Origin: Pyrodictium delaneyi
GTDB taxonomy: Archaea; Thermoproteota; Thermoprotei_A; Sulfolobales; Pyrodictiaceae
Direction: 5' to 3'
DNA length: 32,000 nucleotides
Assembly: GCF_001412615.1 (NCBI RefSeq)
Contig: NZ_CP013011.1
Location: 1,350,001 to 1,382,000, forward strand
Part shown: piece after piece, positions 1 through 8,984 of the stretch
Layout of the letters: every line of letters begins with the position of its first letter
Position numbering within the stretch: position 1 is the stretch's first letter
The notes under the pieces: generated by a model
Told to the model about the DNA's origin: nothing
The model's database searches: none
The model's input: only the letters and a program-made list of their open reading frames with translations
Made by a program: the position numbers and the translations under genes

Positions 1-51
1 CGTAGGAGGATACTACCAAACTTCTTCACCGTGAACTCACCTCTTAGTGTC

Positions 52-1917
52 TTAATTTAGTAGTGTCTCCAACCAGTCAAAGGTAGCGTGGAGAATGTTC
101 TCGACGAACTCCTTGCTATTTGCATTATATCCGTTGTTGTGCTGGCCCGGTTCTATGATACCGGCATCCATTGGTTTCGCCCATTTCCCGCATTGAGGAT
201 CGTATTGATGAGGGATTATGTACTGCAGCGATGATACGGCTTCGACATCAGTTACGACTATTATTTTGCCCTTGCTGTGTTCGCCGACATGGAGTAGTCG
301 GGCTTTGGAAGGATCTCTCTTAAGAGCGTTAGGAATATCTATTGCTGCGGTTAGTGGTAGAATGACCCCCGCGTAGCCTTTCCGGCCAGGTAGAACGCTA
401 ATTATCACGTTGCTTATTCTTCTGCCAGCTTCAAGGTCTTTCGGTTCATTTCTCATGCATTTCAAAATTCTGTTGACTTTTATATTGCCTATAGCGTATC
501 CCCTGCACTTTCTATACTGCTTAGCTTTCTGCTTAACTTTTTGACATTGCTGCCGGGGTAGGCCGAGGATCCACGTATGGAACCCTACGCCTGGCATCTT
601 TACGGCTAGCCCGCTTGGCAGCTTGTTAGACGCTAAGTAGCTGTAGTAGTAGATCTTCCAGACAGCCTTAGTAGCTGCCTTACCGACGGCGCTTAATGCC
701 TCTAAGACGCCAACTACGGGTTTTTTCTTAGAGGGGTTACAGTAGTCTAATACAAGCTGTCGGCCTTCATGGTCATTCTTTCTAGGCGCGTACTCCCTTG
801 TTGCCAGCATGCAGGGGTGCTTTAGCTGCTCCACGTATCTCATCTCTTTGTGAGCATAGCTGAGCCGTGGCACGCTTGCAAGACTCTTGTATGGTTCGTG
901 CGATATACCCCATGCTTTTGCTGTAGCTTTTAGCACGAGGTTGATAAGCTGCTCTATAGTGCTCTTGTCCGGCTTGGTGGCGAGTTTCTCTGCTACTTCT
1001 GCTAGCTCTCCGTTAAAGTCCCCGTCACCGGTATCGAATCTGTAGCTGCCTCTGCGGGGAAGGAAGCGGCCGAATCCTCTTGAGACGGATTTCCCGAGGC
1101 CGAGGAGTACTGGCTCTGCGAGTGCTAGGCTTGCGAGGAGGAACTTCTCTGCTGGCTCGAGCTTGGCTCCAGGCCTTTCACGGAGCCTGAGACGGAATAC
1201 GACAGTTCCGGGCTTTGCCGGCTGCAGCTCAAATAGATACTGGGCCGTTTTGTTGACGAAATCCCGGCTTTCCGGCTTTGCCTCTACCCCTAGAGCGAGT
1301 AGGTGGAACCTTGGCACCGTAAATAGACAGATAAAGTCATCATCTCCGCACTGGCCGAGACGTAGACGTCTATAGGCTTTCTCCTCGAGTACTTGCATGA
1401 CATGACTTTGTCTAAGCCTAGGGCTCTGTTTCGATTTGGATCTATCTCCTCTCCTCTCTATCCTCTTCTTTGCCTCATCAAAAGCTTCTTGTACAGCGGC
1501 TACTATGGTTTTGTACTCTGCAAATGGCTCCGGCCTAGACTCGAGCCTGGCCTCTAGGATGAATGAAGCGGCTCGTGCGTTTTTCTCAACTGAGCCGAAG
1601 AGCTTCCTGAGGAGGTCGTCCTCTGTCGCTTTATAGCCGTTCTTTCCGAGATCCTCGTCACTGATATAGCTGGCTACTGCTGTGCGGGCGAGCCAGCGGA
1701 GCATGCCGCGGAGCTGCTCTGAGCCCTGCCATAGGAACTCGTAGTCGCTGCACTCTCCGTCGACACAGTGGAAGGTTTTGCCAGTGTAGCCGCCACCCCA
1801 GTAGGGCGTGACGGAGGTAAACACTATCTCGGCAAAGACGTCTCTAGCGCCTTCCAGGCTTCTTATAGTGTCTGTAATGTCTTCGAACTCTAGAGCATCC
1901 CTAGGCTCCACGGGCAT
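52..1917 (-). CDS. cmr1: Type III-B CRISPR RAMP subunit, Cmr1-like (two RAMP domains)
   Basis: 621-aa ORF immediately downstream of cmr4 and cmr5. It has a glycine-rich RAMP loop 'GLGKSVSRGFGRF' and an N-terminal 'FTSVTPYWGGGY' element. Its position fits the crenarchaeal order cmr4-cmr5-cmr1(-cmr6-cmr2-cmr3). It is longer than most Cmr1 proteins, so the subunit assignment is less certain than RAMP membership. Confidence 0.6.
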   Translation of the reverse strand: MPVEPRDALEFEDITDTIRSLEGARDVFAEIVFTSVTPYWGGGYTGKTFHCVDGECSDYEFLWQGSEQLRGMLRWLARTAVASYISDEDLGKNGYKATEDDLLRKLFGSVEKNARAASFILEARLESRPEPFAEYKTIVAAVQEAFDEAKKRIERRGDRSKSKQSPRLRQSHVMQVLEEKAYRRLRLGQCGDDDFICLFTVPRFHLLALGVEAKPESRDFVNKTAQYLFELQPAKPGTVVFRLRLRERPGAKLEPAEKFLLASLALAEPVLLGLGKSVSRGFGRFLPRRGSYRFDTGDGDFNGELAEVAEKLATKPDKSTIEQLINLVLKATAKAWGISHEPYKSLASVPRLSYAHKEMRYVEQLKHPCMLATREYAPRKNDHEGRQLVLDYCNPSKKKPVVGVLEALSAVGKAATKAVWKIYYYSYLASNKLPSGLAVKMPGVGFHTWILGLPRQQCQKVKQKAKQYRKCRGYAIGNIKVNRILKCMRNEPKDLEAGRRISNVIISVLPGRKGYAGVILPLTAAIDIPNALKRDPSKARLLHVGEHSKGKIIVVTDVEAVSSLQYIIPHQYDPQCGKWAKPMDAGIIEPGQHNNGYNANSKEFVENILHATFDWLETLLN

Positions 1918-1934
1918 CGTTTACCACCATCAGT

Positions 1935-2465
1935 CTAGCCTTTAGCGAAGAACGCTTCTGCTAGCTTCTTGACCTCGTTGAGGTATTCCACTAGTAGTCT
2001 TGCAGCATAGTGCTCTTTGCCTTGCTCTCTCAGCGATTTCAATGAAGCAGCTAGATTCTGGAGACTTGATAGATCGGTATTGGCTACTCCTGCCTCGGAT
2101 AGTGCGGCAGCGGCTAGTGCTAGTAGTGTAGTATAGCCGGCTGCTTCTTTCCCGCCTATCTCCTGGCACAGGTCGCTGCTCGGGTTTCCAGCTAGCTGCT
2201 CTCCCAGTTTCTTGTCGCGGTTTCTTAGCAGCTTGTAAAGGTCGGTATAGAGCTTGGAATTCTCGATCTTGGACATGTAGAAAGTGAGCGCTGGTATTAG
2301 TCCTACCGTGTACACCATGCTAGGTAAGTCCTTGGCTCTTCTTCGGATAGCGTCTCCCTTGTCTCGCATTTTGTTTTTGCAATTGGCTGTAGCCTTTTCG
2401 ACGAGATCCCGTAGTAGCAGTATGTGGTCTATAGCCATGGATATAGGATCTACTGTAGGTGTCAT
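1935..2465 (-). CDS. cmr5: Type III-B small subunit Cmr5 (Cas11 family)
   Basis: 176-aa predicted helical protein between cmr4 and cmr1. 'DLPSMVYTVGLIPALTFYMSK' resembles the conserved Cmr5 core helix. Size and position are typical. Confidence 0.7.
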   Translation of the reverse strand: MTPTVDPISMAIDHILLLRDLVEKATANCKNKMRDKGDAIRRRAKDLPSMVYTVGLIPALTFYMSKIENSKLYTDLYKLLRNRDKKLGEQLAGNPSSDLCQEIGGKEAAGYTTLLALAAAALSEAGVANTDLSSLQNLAASLKSLREQGKEHYAARLLVEYLNEVKKLAEAFFAKG

Positions 2466-2477
2466 GGTCGATCACCG

Positions 2478-3483
2478 CTAGGCTATCATTAGCTTCATCA
2501 ACCCCTTGCCTATGGTCTCCTTGCCACCTATACTCGCGTAAAGCACCCTGGTGTTAGTATCCTTGCTGGAAGCAGCGCCCAGGAGCTCCAAGAACATATC
2601 CTTCACGACAGAGGCGTCGGCGCTGATGCCGTTGCAATACTTGTTTCTCGGCCTGGTAAACGCGACTGCGCCTATGAAGAGGCTACCAGGCGGGAGATAT
2701 TCTTCAGTCCAGAGAGCCCGCTGTGTGACGGTCTTTTTCTCGCGGTCTATACTTATGCGTGTAACGCGGATTAGTCCTCTCTCTATCACGGTGGGGGCAA
2801 CATCGTCTCCAACGACTACTAGGTTGTCCACGAGAGGGCGTGCCTGGTAGAGCGGATTAAGGTTGTCTAGTTTGACCTCTTCGATGCTTTTGGATTGTGA
2901 TGTAGTTGCTATAGTAAACTTTTCGAGACCAAGTGTTATGCTTTCCCCCTTATCCCGGAGCCTAGGTGCTAGGACGGTATGCCCCCCAACTTCCCTAGAG
3001 TCGCCCAGGAGTACATCTATGACGTTATAGAGCTTCGTAAACATGTTGCTGATGCTAGATGCTTCGAGGATAGCCTTGGCGCGTGCTAGGAGCATGGGAG
3101 TCGTGACGTACACGTAGCCGTACTCTAGACTGGGAACCGGTATAGCCAGGGGGGAAGAAGTCTATAATCGATACTGCTGAGGCTCCTTCGTCGCCTTCTC
3201 CGGGCTCCGGGCCGAATATACAGCATACCGCTCTGCAATCACTACTGCTACATGCCACTCGGCCGCCACTTATGCAGTTCCTCCGCTGGCCCGCCTGGGT
3301 CTTTAATGCACCCTTAATGCTCGACGCGGGTATCAGGGGGTAGCCGTAGGGGTCGCGCTGCACCGGGAGATCAACCACGCCAGGTGCGCGGCCGGCACCA
3401 GGGTGGAGCGGTGTCAGAGCAGAGGCGAGAACCGGATCCATTCTGTCAAAGTAACCAATGGCCACTATGCACCAGCCCCGCAA
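2478..3483 (-). pseudogene. cmr4: cmr4 (Cas7-family backbone RAMP) split by a +1 frameshift at a C6/G6 homopolymer
   Basis: ORF 3055..3483 encodes a Cmr4 N-terminus ('TPLHPGAGRAPGVVDLPVQRDPYGYPLIPASSIKGALK'). ORF 2478..3113 encodes the C-terminus ('RVTRISIDREKKTV...LWTEEYLPPGSLF...IGGKETIGKGL'). Removing one G from the run at 3149-3154 joins them as '...SIIDFFPLAIPVPSLEYGYVYVTTPMLLARAK...', which fits the Cmr4 pattern. The start is TTG 3483 or ATG 3441. Confidence 0.8.
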
Positions 3484-3749
3484 TATGTGAGGATGTCCAC
3501 CAGATATACAGGTCGTGGGGACGAGTATTAAATTCAGCTATACATGACGTCCATATGTGGTGTAGACGGAACAGTGTACTGCTTAGATGCCGGTTCCCCG
3601 GGTGCCGGTGATAGCCGAGGCCAGGGTGCCGGGGCTGTATCTGGCGTAGTTCTCGCAGTGGACTGGCTTCAGTGTCTCCCTCGGCTGTTTCTACGACTAT
3701 CTTCGTCGGAAAAACGCTTGGCTGCATGGTGCAGCTCGCTGGCTGTATT

Positions 3750-5300
3750 CTACTCTGGCGAGAGTAGCCATGAGTTGAGCTGCTTTTTCATGTTCTCGTC
3801 GAGCGTGTATGTGACGGTGATCTCGTCTCCGCTCTTGCACACGTTCACTATGCTGTCTAGTAGCCCGCTGTGTGCGAAGAAGTTGCGCTTTATATCGCCC
3901 GCCATGGGCTTTCCCCGGCGCAGCTTCCTACTATCTTCCCTGCTCTGTCTTTGTTTTTGCTCCTCCACGGGGCCGCGTAGAGTGCTATATAGCTGGCATT
4001 GCTGAGAGAGCCTGGTGCTAGCTAGCTTTAGCTCTTTTAGGTCTCGTTCGAGCATCCTGGCGTTTAGTCTGAGCTCCTCGGCGAACTCGTGCCGGCCCTC
4101 ATAGACTTCCTCCTTGAACCATTCCAGCTCACGTAGCGGCACCATGCCGCCAGCTCGGCGGCTCATGAGGTGCCTAGCTAAGCGTATGAGTGACATCGTC
4201 TCTAGCAGGGCTAGGATGGTGTAGAGGCTTGTACTCCTTGTTGCAGCGAGCCGGCAGACTACTGCTCTGCCCTCATCCACGGCCGATTTTATCGTCCTCC
4301 ACGCCTCGGAGGCTATGAACTCCATTAACCCATTTATCGCTTCCTCGACCTCGCCTTGGCCTGGGGGCTCCTCGTCGAGGACTATGTCTGGCTGGTAGAG
4401 TACTAGGGGTGTGTTAAGCCGGAGTGCTGTAAACAGTTTTAGACCCTGCTTTAGGAATACCTTCAGGCTTGCTACCAGTCTCCCCCACTTCCTGCCCGTC
4501 TCCGCTTTGAGACCAGGTAGGACTCTGTCCAGATCTGTCTCGTCTATGCATGGGCATCTTTTGAGGCTTGAATAGCTGATAAACGACTCGGGCTTGAGCC
4601 CCGATATAGCAGACGACAGCAGCGGAAATGATGGGAATATTTTTGCTCCGACCTCCTGTAGGCTCAACGGGTAGGGGCCCTTATACCCCCTCCGTACCGG
4701 TGAAGCCGCCGAGACATAGAACTTAGCGTATTTGTCGCCGCCGAGCAGGAGTCTATCGAGTATACCGAGCTTGTACGCTACCACAAGTGTCCGGAAAGCC
4801 CTAGAGGCTGCTGAGACGTAGATATTGTAGCCCACCGATGTATCTAGGACTACGCGGTCGCAGCTATACTGTCCGAGGGCCTCCAGCATCGCCATGAAGA
4901 TGGAGAGTTCCAGGTCGCCGTACTCTGGGCCGTAGATCGACAATTCTAGGTTATTGCCGCCGTAGAAAACGCCATACGAGGGTAGGGCCTTCACCTCTAT
5001 CTTCTCCGGGCTTTCGAGGACCGAGCTGTACAGCTCTCCCAGCAGTGTTTCGAGCTTGCGCCAGTTACTAGCGAGGTCAACAGCCTCTGATGGGGTCTCG
5101 GCGATACTTGCTGCAAGCGCCTCTGGAGCTAAGAGTACCGTGTAGCACTCATCGCTAGAGCTGCTACATAGTACGTCGGCTGGCAGTACTGCGTCCCGTG
5201 TATACGCTTCTTCCCGCATAGACTCGCCCAGGATGCTATATGAGACCTTTTCATAGCTTCCAGGAACACCTATAACCTCGAATACACAGAGCCTCGGCAA
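3750..5300 (-). CDS. csx1: Csx1-family CRISPR ancillary protein (CARF N-terminal region, C-terminal HEPN RxxxxH motif)
   Basis: 516 aa. C-terminal 'KRNFFAHSGL' is an R-x4-H HEPN motif in the form seen in Csx1/Csm6. 'VLDTSVGYNIY' is a variant of the Csx1 DxTHG motif. It lies directly upstream of the cmr genes on the same strand. Confidence 0.7.
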   Translation of the reverse strand: MPRLCVFEVIGVPGSYEKVSYSILGESMREEAYTRDAVLPADVLCSSSSDECYTVLLAPEALAASIAETPSEAVDLASNWRKLETLLGELYSSVLESPEKIEVKALPSYGVFYGGNNLELSIYGPEYGDLELSIFMAMLEALGQYSCDRVVLDTSVGYNIYVSAASRAFRTLVVAYKLGILDRLLLGGDKYAKFYVSAASPVRRGYKGPYPLSLQEVGAKIFPSFPLLSSAISGLKPESFISYSSLKRCPCIDETDLDRVLPGLKAETGRKWGRLVASLKVFLKQGLKLFTALRLNTPLVLYQPDIVLDEEPPGQGEVEEAINGLMEFIASEAWRTIKSAVDEGRAVVCRLAATRSTSLYTILALLETMSLIRLARHLMSRRAGGMVPLRELEWFKEEVYEGRHEFAEELRLNARMLERDLKELKLASTRLSQQCQLYSTLRGPVEEQKQRQSREDSRKLRRGKPMAGDIKRNFFAHSGLLDSIVNVCKSGDEITVTYTLDENMKKQLNSWLLSPE

Positions 5301-5649
5301 GCACTACTTCTAGAAAGGATAGTACCATGTAGAGCCTTGATATCGCTATAAATATTTCCCAAACCTTCATTGAGTCCACATTGAGCTCAGTACCGTAGAG
5401 GAGCGTGGCAGCACGTATACATACGCTGGCAATAGCATTCAACGCAAGTATACAGGCTACATGCAAATGTGCAATATGCATAACTACACCGGTTTAAACA
5501 CCCTCTTTGTGGCTGTCAATCAGCTCCAATCCTCGTGGGTACACTATATGGACATGGTAGGAGGGTATCGGGCTTATACCGGAGTGTAGTTCTAGTCTAC
5601 ACGGTATCGCGCCTGGATTCCAGATCGGGGGCTATAACTATGATGAGAG

Positions 5650-5907
5650 GTGTACGGGAGAATGAGTGACACGGATGAGCCCTTGGTGGAGATAAGGGTC
5701 CCGAGAAGCATCGTGGACGATGTGCAGAGGAGTATCGCTACGCTCCTTGAGTCGAAGAGGAGGCTAACCCGTAAGGAGTATACACTCTTGCTGGAGATGG
5801 AGGGTTTTGACACTAGGCTTCTGGAGGGGCTCGACTCCGGCGAGGACGATCAACGCGTACTCATGGCTATGAGGGGGAGGGAGAAGAGGAGGGCCCAGCA
5901 TCCTTGA
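5650..5907 (+). CDS. Putative antitoxin (VapB-like) of the downstream PIN toxin
   Basis: Small (82-85 aa) charged ORF whose stop (TGA 5905-5907) overlaps the TTG start (5904) of the PIN gene. ATG at 5662 is a plausible alternative start. No specific DNA-binding fold was recognised by eye. Confidence 0.5.
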   Translation: MYGRMSDTDEPLVEIRVPRSIVDDVQRSIATLLESKRRLTRKEYTLLLEMEGFDTRLLEGLDSGEDDQRVLMAMRGREKRRAQHP

Positions 5908-6233
5908 CTATACTCGATACTAGCGTCGTTATAGACCGTGTCCGGGCTAGGCAGCAGATACCGGAGGACATTGTGGAGGTAACGGTGCTGGAGTATCCAC
6001 CCATACTGGCCTACAGGGAGTTTACAGGCAGCATAGTGCTTGTAGAGCGGCGTGACTGGCGTCTAGCCCTAGAGCTGCAGATAAAGCTACGCAGGATGGG
6101 TAAGCCTAAGGGCCTTGCCGACCTCCTTATAGCGGCTGTAGCTATAAACCGCGGGGAAGAACTTGTGGCAAGGGATAGAGACTATCTCGACATCGCCAGG
6201 GTATCCGACTTAAAGCTGCGCCTAATACCCTAA
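5904..6233 (+). CDS. vapC: PIN-domain toxin (VapC-like ribonuclease)
   Basis: 109 aa. It has the N-terminal 'ILDTSVVID' PIN signature plus downstream acidic residues ('LADLLIAAVA', 'ARDRDYLDI'). It is translationally coupled to the upstream small ORF. Confidence 0.75.
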   Translation: MTILDTSVVIDRVRARQQIPEDIVEVTVLEYPPILAYREFTGSIVLVERRDWRLALELQIKLRRMGKPKGLADLLIAAVAINRGEELVARDRDYLDIARVSDLKLRLIP

Positions 6234-6253
6234 TTCTGGTTCTTGTTACCGGA

Positions 6254-6275
6254 TATATTCAAAATATATTCAAAA
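6254..6275. repeat. Perfect 2 x 11-bp tandem repeat (TATATTCAAAA)2
   Basis: Read directly from the sequence. It lies in the convergent intergenic region between vapC and the TGT-like gene. Confidence 0.9.
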
Positions 6276-6381
6276 TCTAGTCCGCTACGGCGGCTGGGAG
6301 TACGTCTCTCTAGGACAGAGTCACGCTATGCCTCTTACCAGTACTGCAGGCAGAGCCTATCACGGCAATACTCCGGCGTTC

Positions 6382-7482
6382 TTAGCACGGTCTGGGCTCG
6401 TGTATGTGGCTTAGTGCTTTCCTTAGGCGTGGGTCGCTTCTGGCCTGGTTCTTGAGCAGGTTGTGTAGTTCTCCCTGGGTGCAGGCTTGCCGGGCCTCGG
6501 CTGCTGCCTGTAGGGTTATGCTGAGGTTGTGGAGGGCTATGCTCTGTGTGTCGTGTCTCATCTCCTGTAGTGTCTGGTGCCTGGTGCAGCCTGGGCACGT
6601 GCATAGAGGTTTCTGGCTGGGGTCTGCCTCTCTTAGGCTTATCCTGGCTGGCTTGGCTCCGTTGGGCTGGTAGTAGAGGCGTTTGGCGGCTGCTATGATG
6701 TAGGTCTTGGAGTCCATGCTGTCGGCGCCCGCGGCGTATAGTAGCGCTGTGTTCCGGGGGCTCGCGACTCCTAGGAGGTGGATCCACGTGCCCCATCCTA
6801 GGAGTCTTCTTGCCTGCTGGAGGCGCTGGGCTAGTAGCCACCACTTGGCGGAGTGCGGCACCAGCCCTCCAACAGCGTAGCCGTCGACGTCGCCCAGGCC
6901 CATGCCGGCGTGCTCGTGTAGCTCCCTCTCCAGCGTGGCGAGGAGCCTCTGTAGGGCCTCGGGGCTGTTGTACTGGAGGACTACAAGGAGCCTTATCCCG
7001 CTGCGGCGGCGGAGCTGGTATGCTAGGGCCGCGGCGCGCGCGGTGAGCCGGATCCTCTCCGCCACCGTCCCGGGGCAGCAGCCGGGGTCCACCTGGCTCC
7101 TAGGGGGCAGGGGGTAGTCGAGGGTGAAGGCTACGCTGGCGCCGAAGCGCTCCTGGCGCCGGAGAACCTCCTCCACCAGGTCCTCGCTCCAGCCGCTGGG
7201 TGCCCCACCGCCTCTACCGTCTTCCCTTCTGCGGCGGTGGAGCCCGGCGAGCCTGCGCTGCGGGGCCTCTAGGAAGAGGAAGGCGCCGCTATCAACCCAG
7301 GCGTAGAGGCTGCCGAGCGCTGAGACGCGGTGGCCGTCGCCGAGGAAGAACGCGTTGAACATGGCGTGGCGCCATCCCAGCCCGCGGGGCGGCGGCAGCC
7401 AGAACGGCGGCGTGTTCCCGCCCGCCCCGAGGTTGTGGACTGGGACAATCACCGGCGGCTCCGCGCCGGGGAGTAGGCTCAT
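6382..7482 (-). CDS. tRNA-guanine transglycosylase (TGT) superfamily protein, catalytic barrel only; divergent paralog (DpdA/TgtA5-like candidate)
   Basis: 366 aa. Motifs: 'WVDSGAFLF' (compare TGT DSGGFQ), 'AAGADSMDSKTY' (compare the G-x-D-x-FD nucleophile-Asp motif), and a Zn site 'CTCPGC' followed about 20 residues later by 'LHNL'. It has no C-terminal PUA or C1/C2 domains of archaeosine TGT. A GGAGGA sits about 8 nt upstream of the ATG. Confidence 0.7.
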   Translation of the reverse strand: MSLLPGAEPPVIVPVHNLGAGGNTPPFWLPPPRGLGWRHAMFNAFFLGDGHRVSALGSLYAWVDSGAFLFLEAPQRRLAGLHRRRREDGRGGGAPSGWSEDLVEEVLRRQERFGASVAFTLDYPLPPRSQVDPGCCPGTVAERIRLTARAAALAYQLRRRSGIRLLVVLQYNSPEALQRLLATLERELHEHAGMGLGDVDGYAVGGLVPHSAKWWLLAQRLQQARRLLGWGTWIHLLGVASPRNTALLYAAGADSMDSKTYIIAAAKRLYYQPNGAKPARISLREADPSQKPLCTCPGCTRHQTLQEMRHDTQSIALHNLSITLQAAAEARQACTQGELHNLLKNQARSDPRLRKALSHIHEPRPC

Positions 7483-7623
7483 AACCCCGTTCCTCCCCGG
7501 AGCCGGGGCTTACGCGCCCAGCTGCCATCATAAGGCTTCGGGCATCTATACCCCGGTGGACGGCGGCCCCCATGTAGGCCATCGTGCACTGCTCCTGGGT
7601 GGTGGCCTGGCGCCGGAGTATCC

Positions 7624-8625
7624 TTGTTTATTTGTGCCCAATACTCTTCTGTCTACCCCTCATGGGTTCCTCCGGCGGAGGTGCTAGGGGTTCTGTCCGA
7701 CGAGGCCCTCTATATCGGCGAGCTGAGGCTACGGGTCACGCCGCTACGGGATACTGTGCTCCCACCAGTGAGCAGTAAGCTCGTAAAGAGCCTCCTCCTG
7801 GCCTCGCCCGTCCCGGGGTGGATGCGTGAGCTAGTGGAGGCTAGGCGGGGCTACAAGCCGCTCTTCGTCTCGATGCTGTACCGCGGCCGCCGAGCCCTCT
7901 ACTCAGCCACCACCCAGGCCGGGAGGCCCCTCGTGGCCCGCGCTGGCCAGCCTCTAGAGGCGCGGGTAGCCTTCGTGGCCCACGACGCCTCAGCTGCCTG
8001 GGAGCTAGCAGCCGTCCTCGGAGGCCGCCGCGAGACCCCCTACGGCCCGGTCGAGACCGTGGTCGAGGAGGCAAGGATCCAGACACCAGAACAGCTACGG
8101 CTCCCCAGCCCCGCGGACGGGCCCACCGGCGTGCTACGCGTAGAGGCGCGGACACCCGTCGTGCTCACCTCCAAGGTCCTCGTCGCCACGGAGCCGCCCC
8201 CGGGCGCCCGGATCCCCAGGCTCCACCGGCTCCTCCCATCACCAGGGCTAGTAGCCGCCTACGCCTTCAGGCTCTGGAACCGGGCCCTCGGCCCCCGCTA
8301 CGCAGTCTACTGGCGCGACGCATGGAACCACGACGCAGCTATGGTCGCCCGGGCAGCCGAGGTATACATGGCCGAGATAGACTACCAGCTACACCCCGAG
8401 ACAGTAGTAATAGGCCGCGGAGCCTCCGGCAGGCTACGCCTAGCACGGGGCTGGCGAGGCTGGATAACCTACCGCGTCGCAGGCCCCAGGCTCGCCCGGC
8501 TACTCGACAGACTACTAGCACTCACAAACACCCTCGGACTCGGCAGAAGCCGAGGCATAGGACTAGGAGACACACACGCACAATGGATACAACCCAAAAA
8601 CAACAAAACAAAACCAAACCAGTAA
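7624..8625 (+). CDS. cas6: Cas6 CRISPR repeat endoribonuclease
   Basis: C-terminal glycine-rich loop 'LGLGRSRGIGLGD' is typical of Cas6. The gene lies immediately upstream of, and co-oriented with, the leader and array. The true start may be internal, for example GTG near 7679; the N-terminal approximately 20 residues of the track ORF are doubtful. Confidence 0.8.
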   Translation: MFICAQYSSVYPSWVPPAEVLGVLSDEALYIGELRLRVTPLRDTVLPPVSSKLVKSLLLASPVPGWMRELVEARRGYKPLFVSMLYRGRRALYSATTQAGRPLVARAGQPLEARVAFVAHDASAAWELAAVLGGRRETPYGPVETVVEEARIQTPEQLRLPSPADGPTGVLRVEARTPVVLTSKVLVATEPPPGARIPRLHRLLPSPGLVAAYAFRLWNRALGPRYAVYWRDAWNHDAAMVARAAEVYMAEIDYQLHPETVVIGRGASGRLRLARGWRGWITYRVAGPRLARLLDRLLALTNTLGLGRSRGIGLGDTHAQWIQPKNNKTKPNQ

Positions 8626-8984
8626 ACCACGAAACTAAAACAAGCCAAGATACATATTTAACACTACAACATACACACCCTCCCAGAAAAACACAGCCCA
8701 TGACAGTAAGCTGTCGTGAACGGTTTAGAACCTCTTATTTCTAGCGGCCATAGCCCCAGGCACCAGGGGCAACACATAAATACCACTACACCCGTAAAAC
8801 CGTTTAGAAAAACGCTAGACATGTAGAAACAACGCCATCGATGAGACCATCACCGATGATCACACTATTGCCTGGAATAGCTCCACCATAGACGCAATAA
8901 ATAAACACCAGGAGAACCCAAGACTCCACAAAGCAAGGCATAAATATACGTAGCAAATACATAACATCAAGTGGACAACATGCA
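8626..8984 (+). promoter_or_regulatory. CRISPR leader (A/C-rich, low complexity)
   Basis: About 360 bp of non-coding sequence between the cas6 stop and the first repeat. The degenerate repeats are at the opposite end of the array, which places the leader here. No promoter was mapped. Confidence 0.6.

Noticed and set aside
1-29. Possible start of another minus-strand gene (GTG at 29-27, preceded by GAGGTGA, reading MKKFGSILL...) that could be cmr6.
   Set aside because: Only 9 codons are inside the window. This is too little to support as a feature, so it is mentioned only as context.
3446-3727. 93-aa minus-strand ORF between csx1 and cmr4 (also the + strand ORF 3544..4005).
   Set aside because: No recognisable motifs, and the composition is His/Pro/Arg-rich. 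It overlaps the likely cmr4 promoter and start, and the + strand ORF is antisense to csx1. An unrecognised small subunit cannot be excluded, but there is no positive evidence.
6335-7687. Cluster of ORFs overlapping or antisense to the TGT-like gene (6335..6844, 6404..6673, 6810..7046, 6902..7117, 7124..7306, 7292..7582, 7355..7687).
   Set aside because: Their Arg/Pro/Gly/Ser-rich translations are typical of shadow ORFs in GC-rich coding DNA. The 366-aa frame carries real enzyme motifs.
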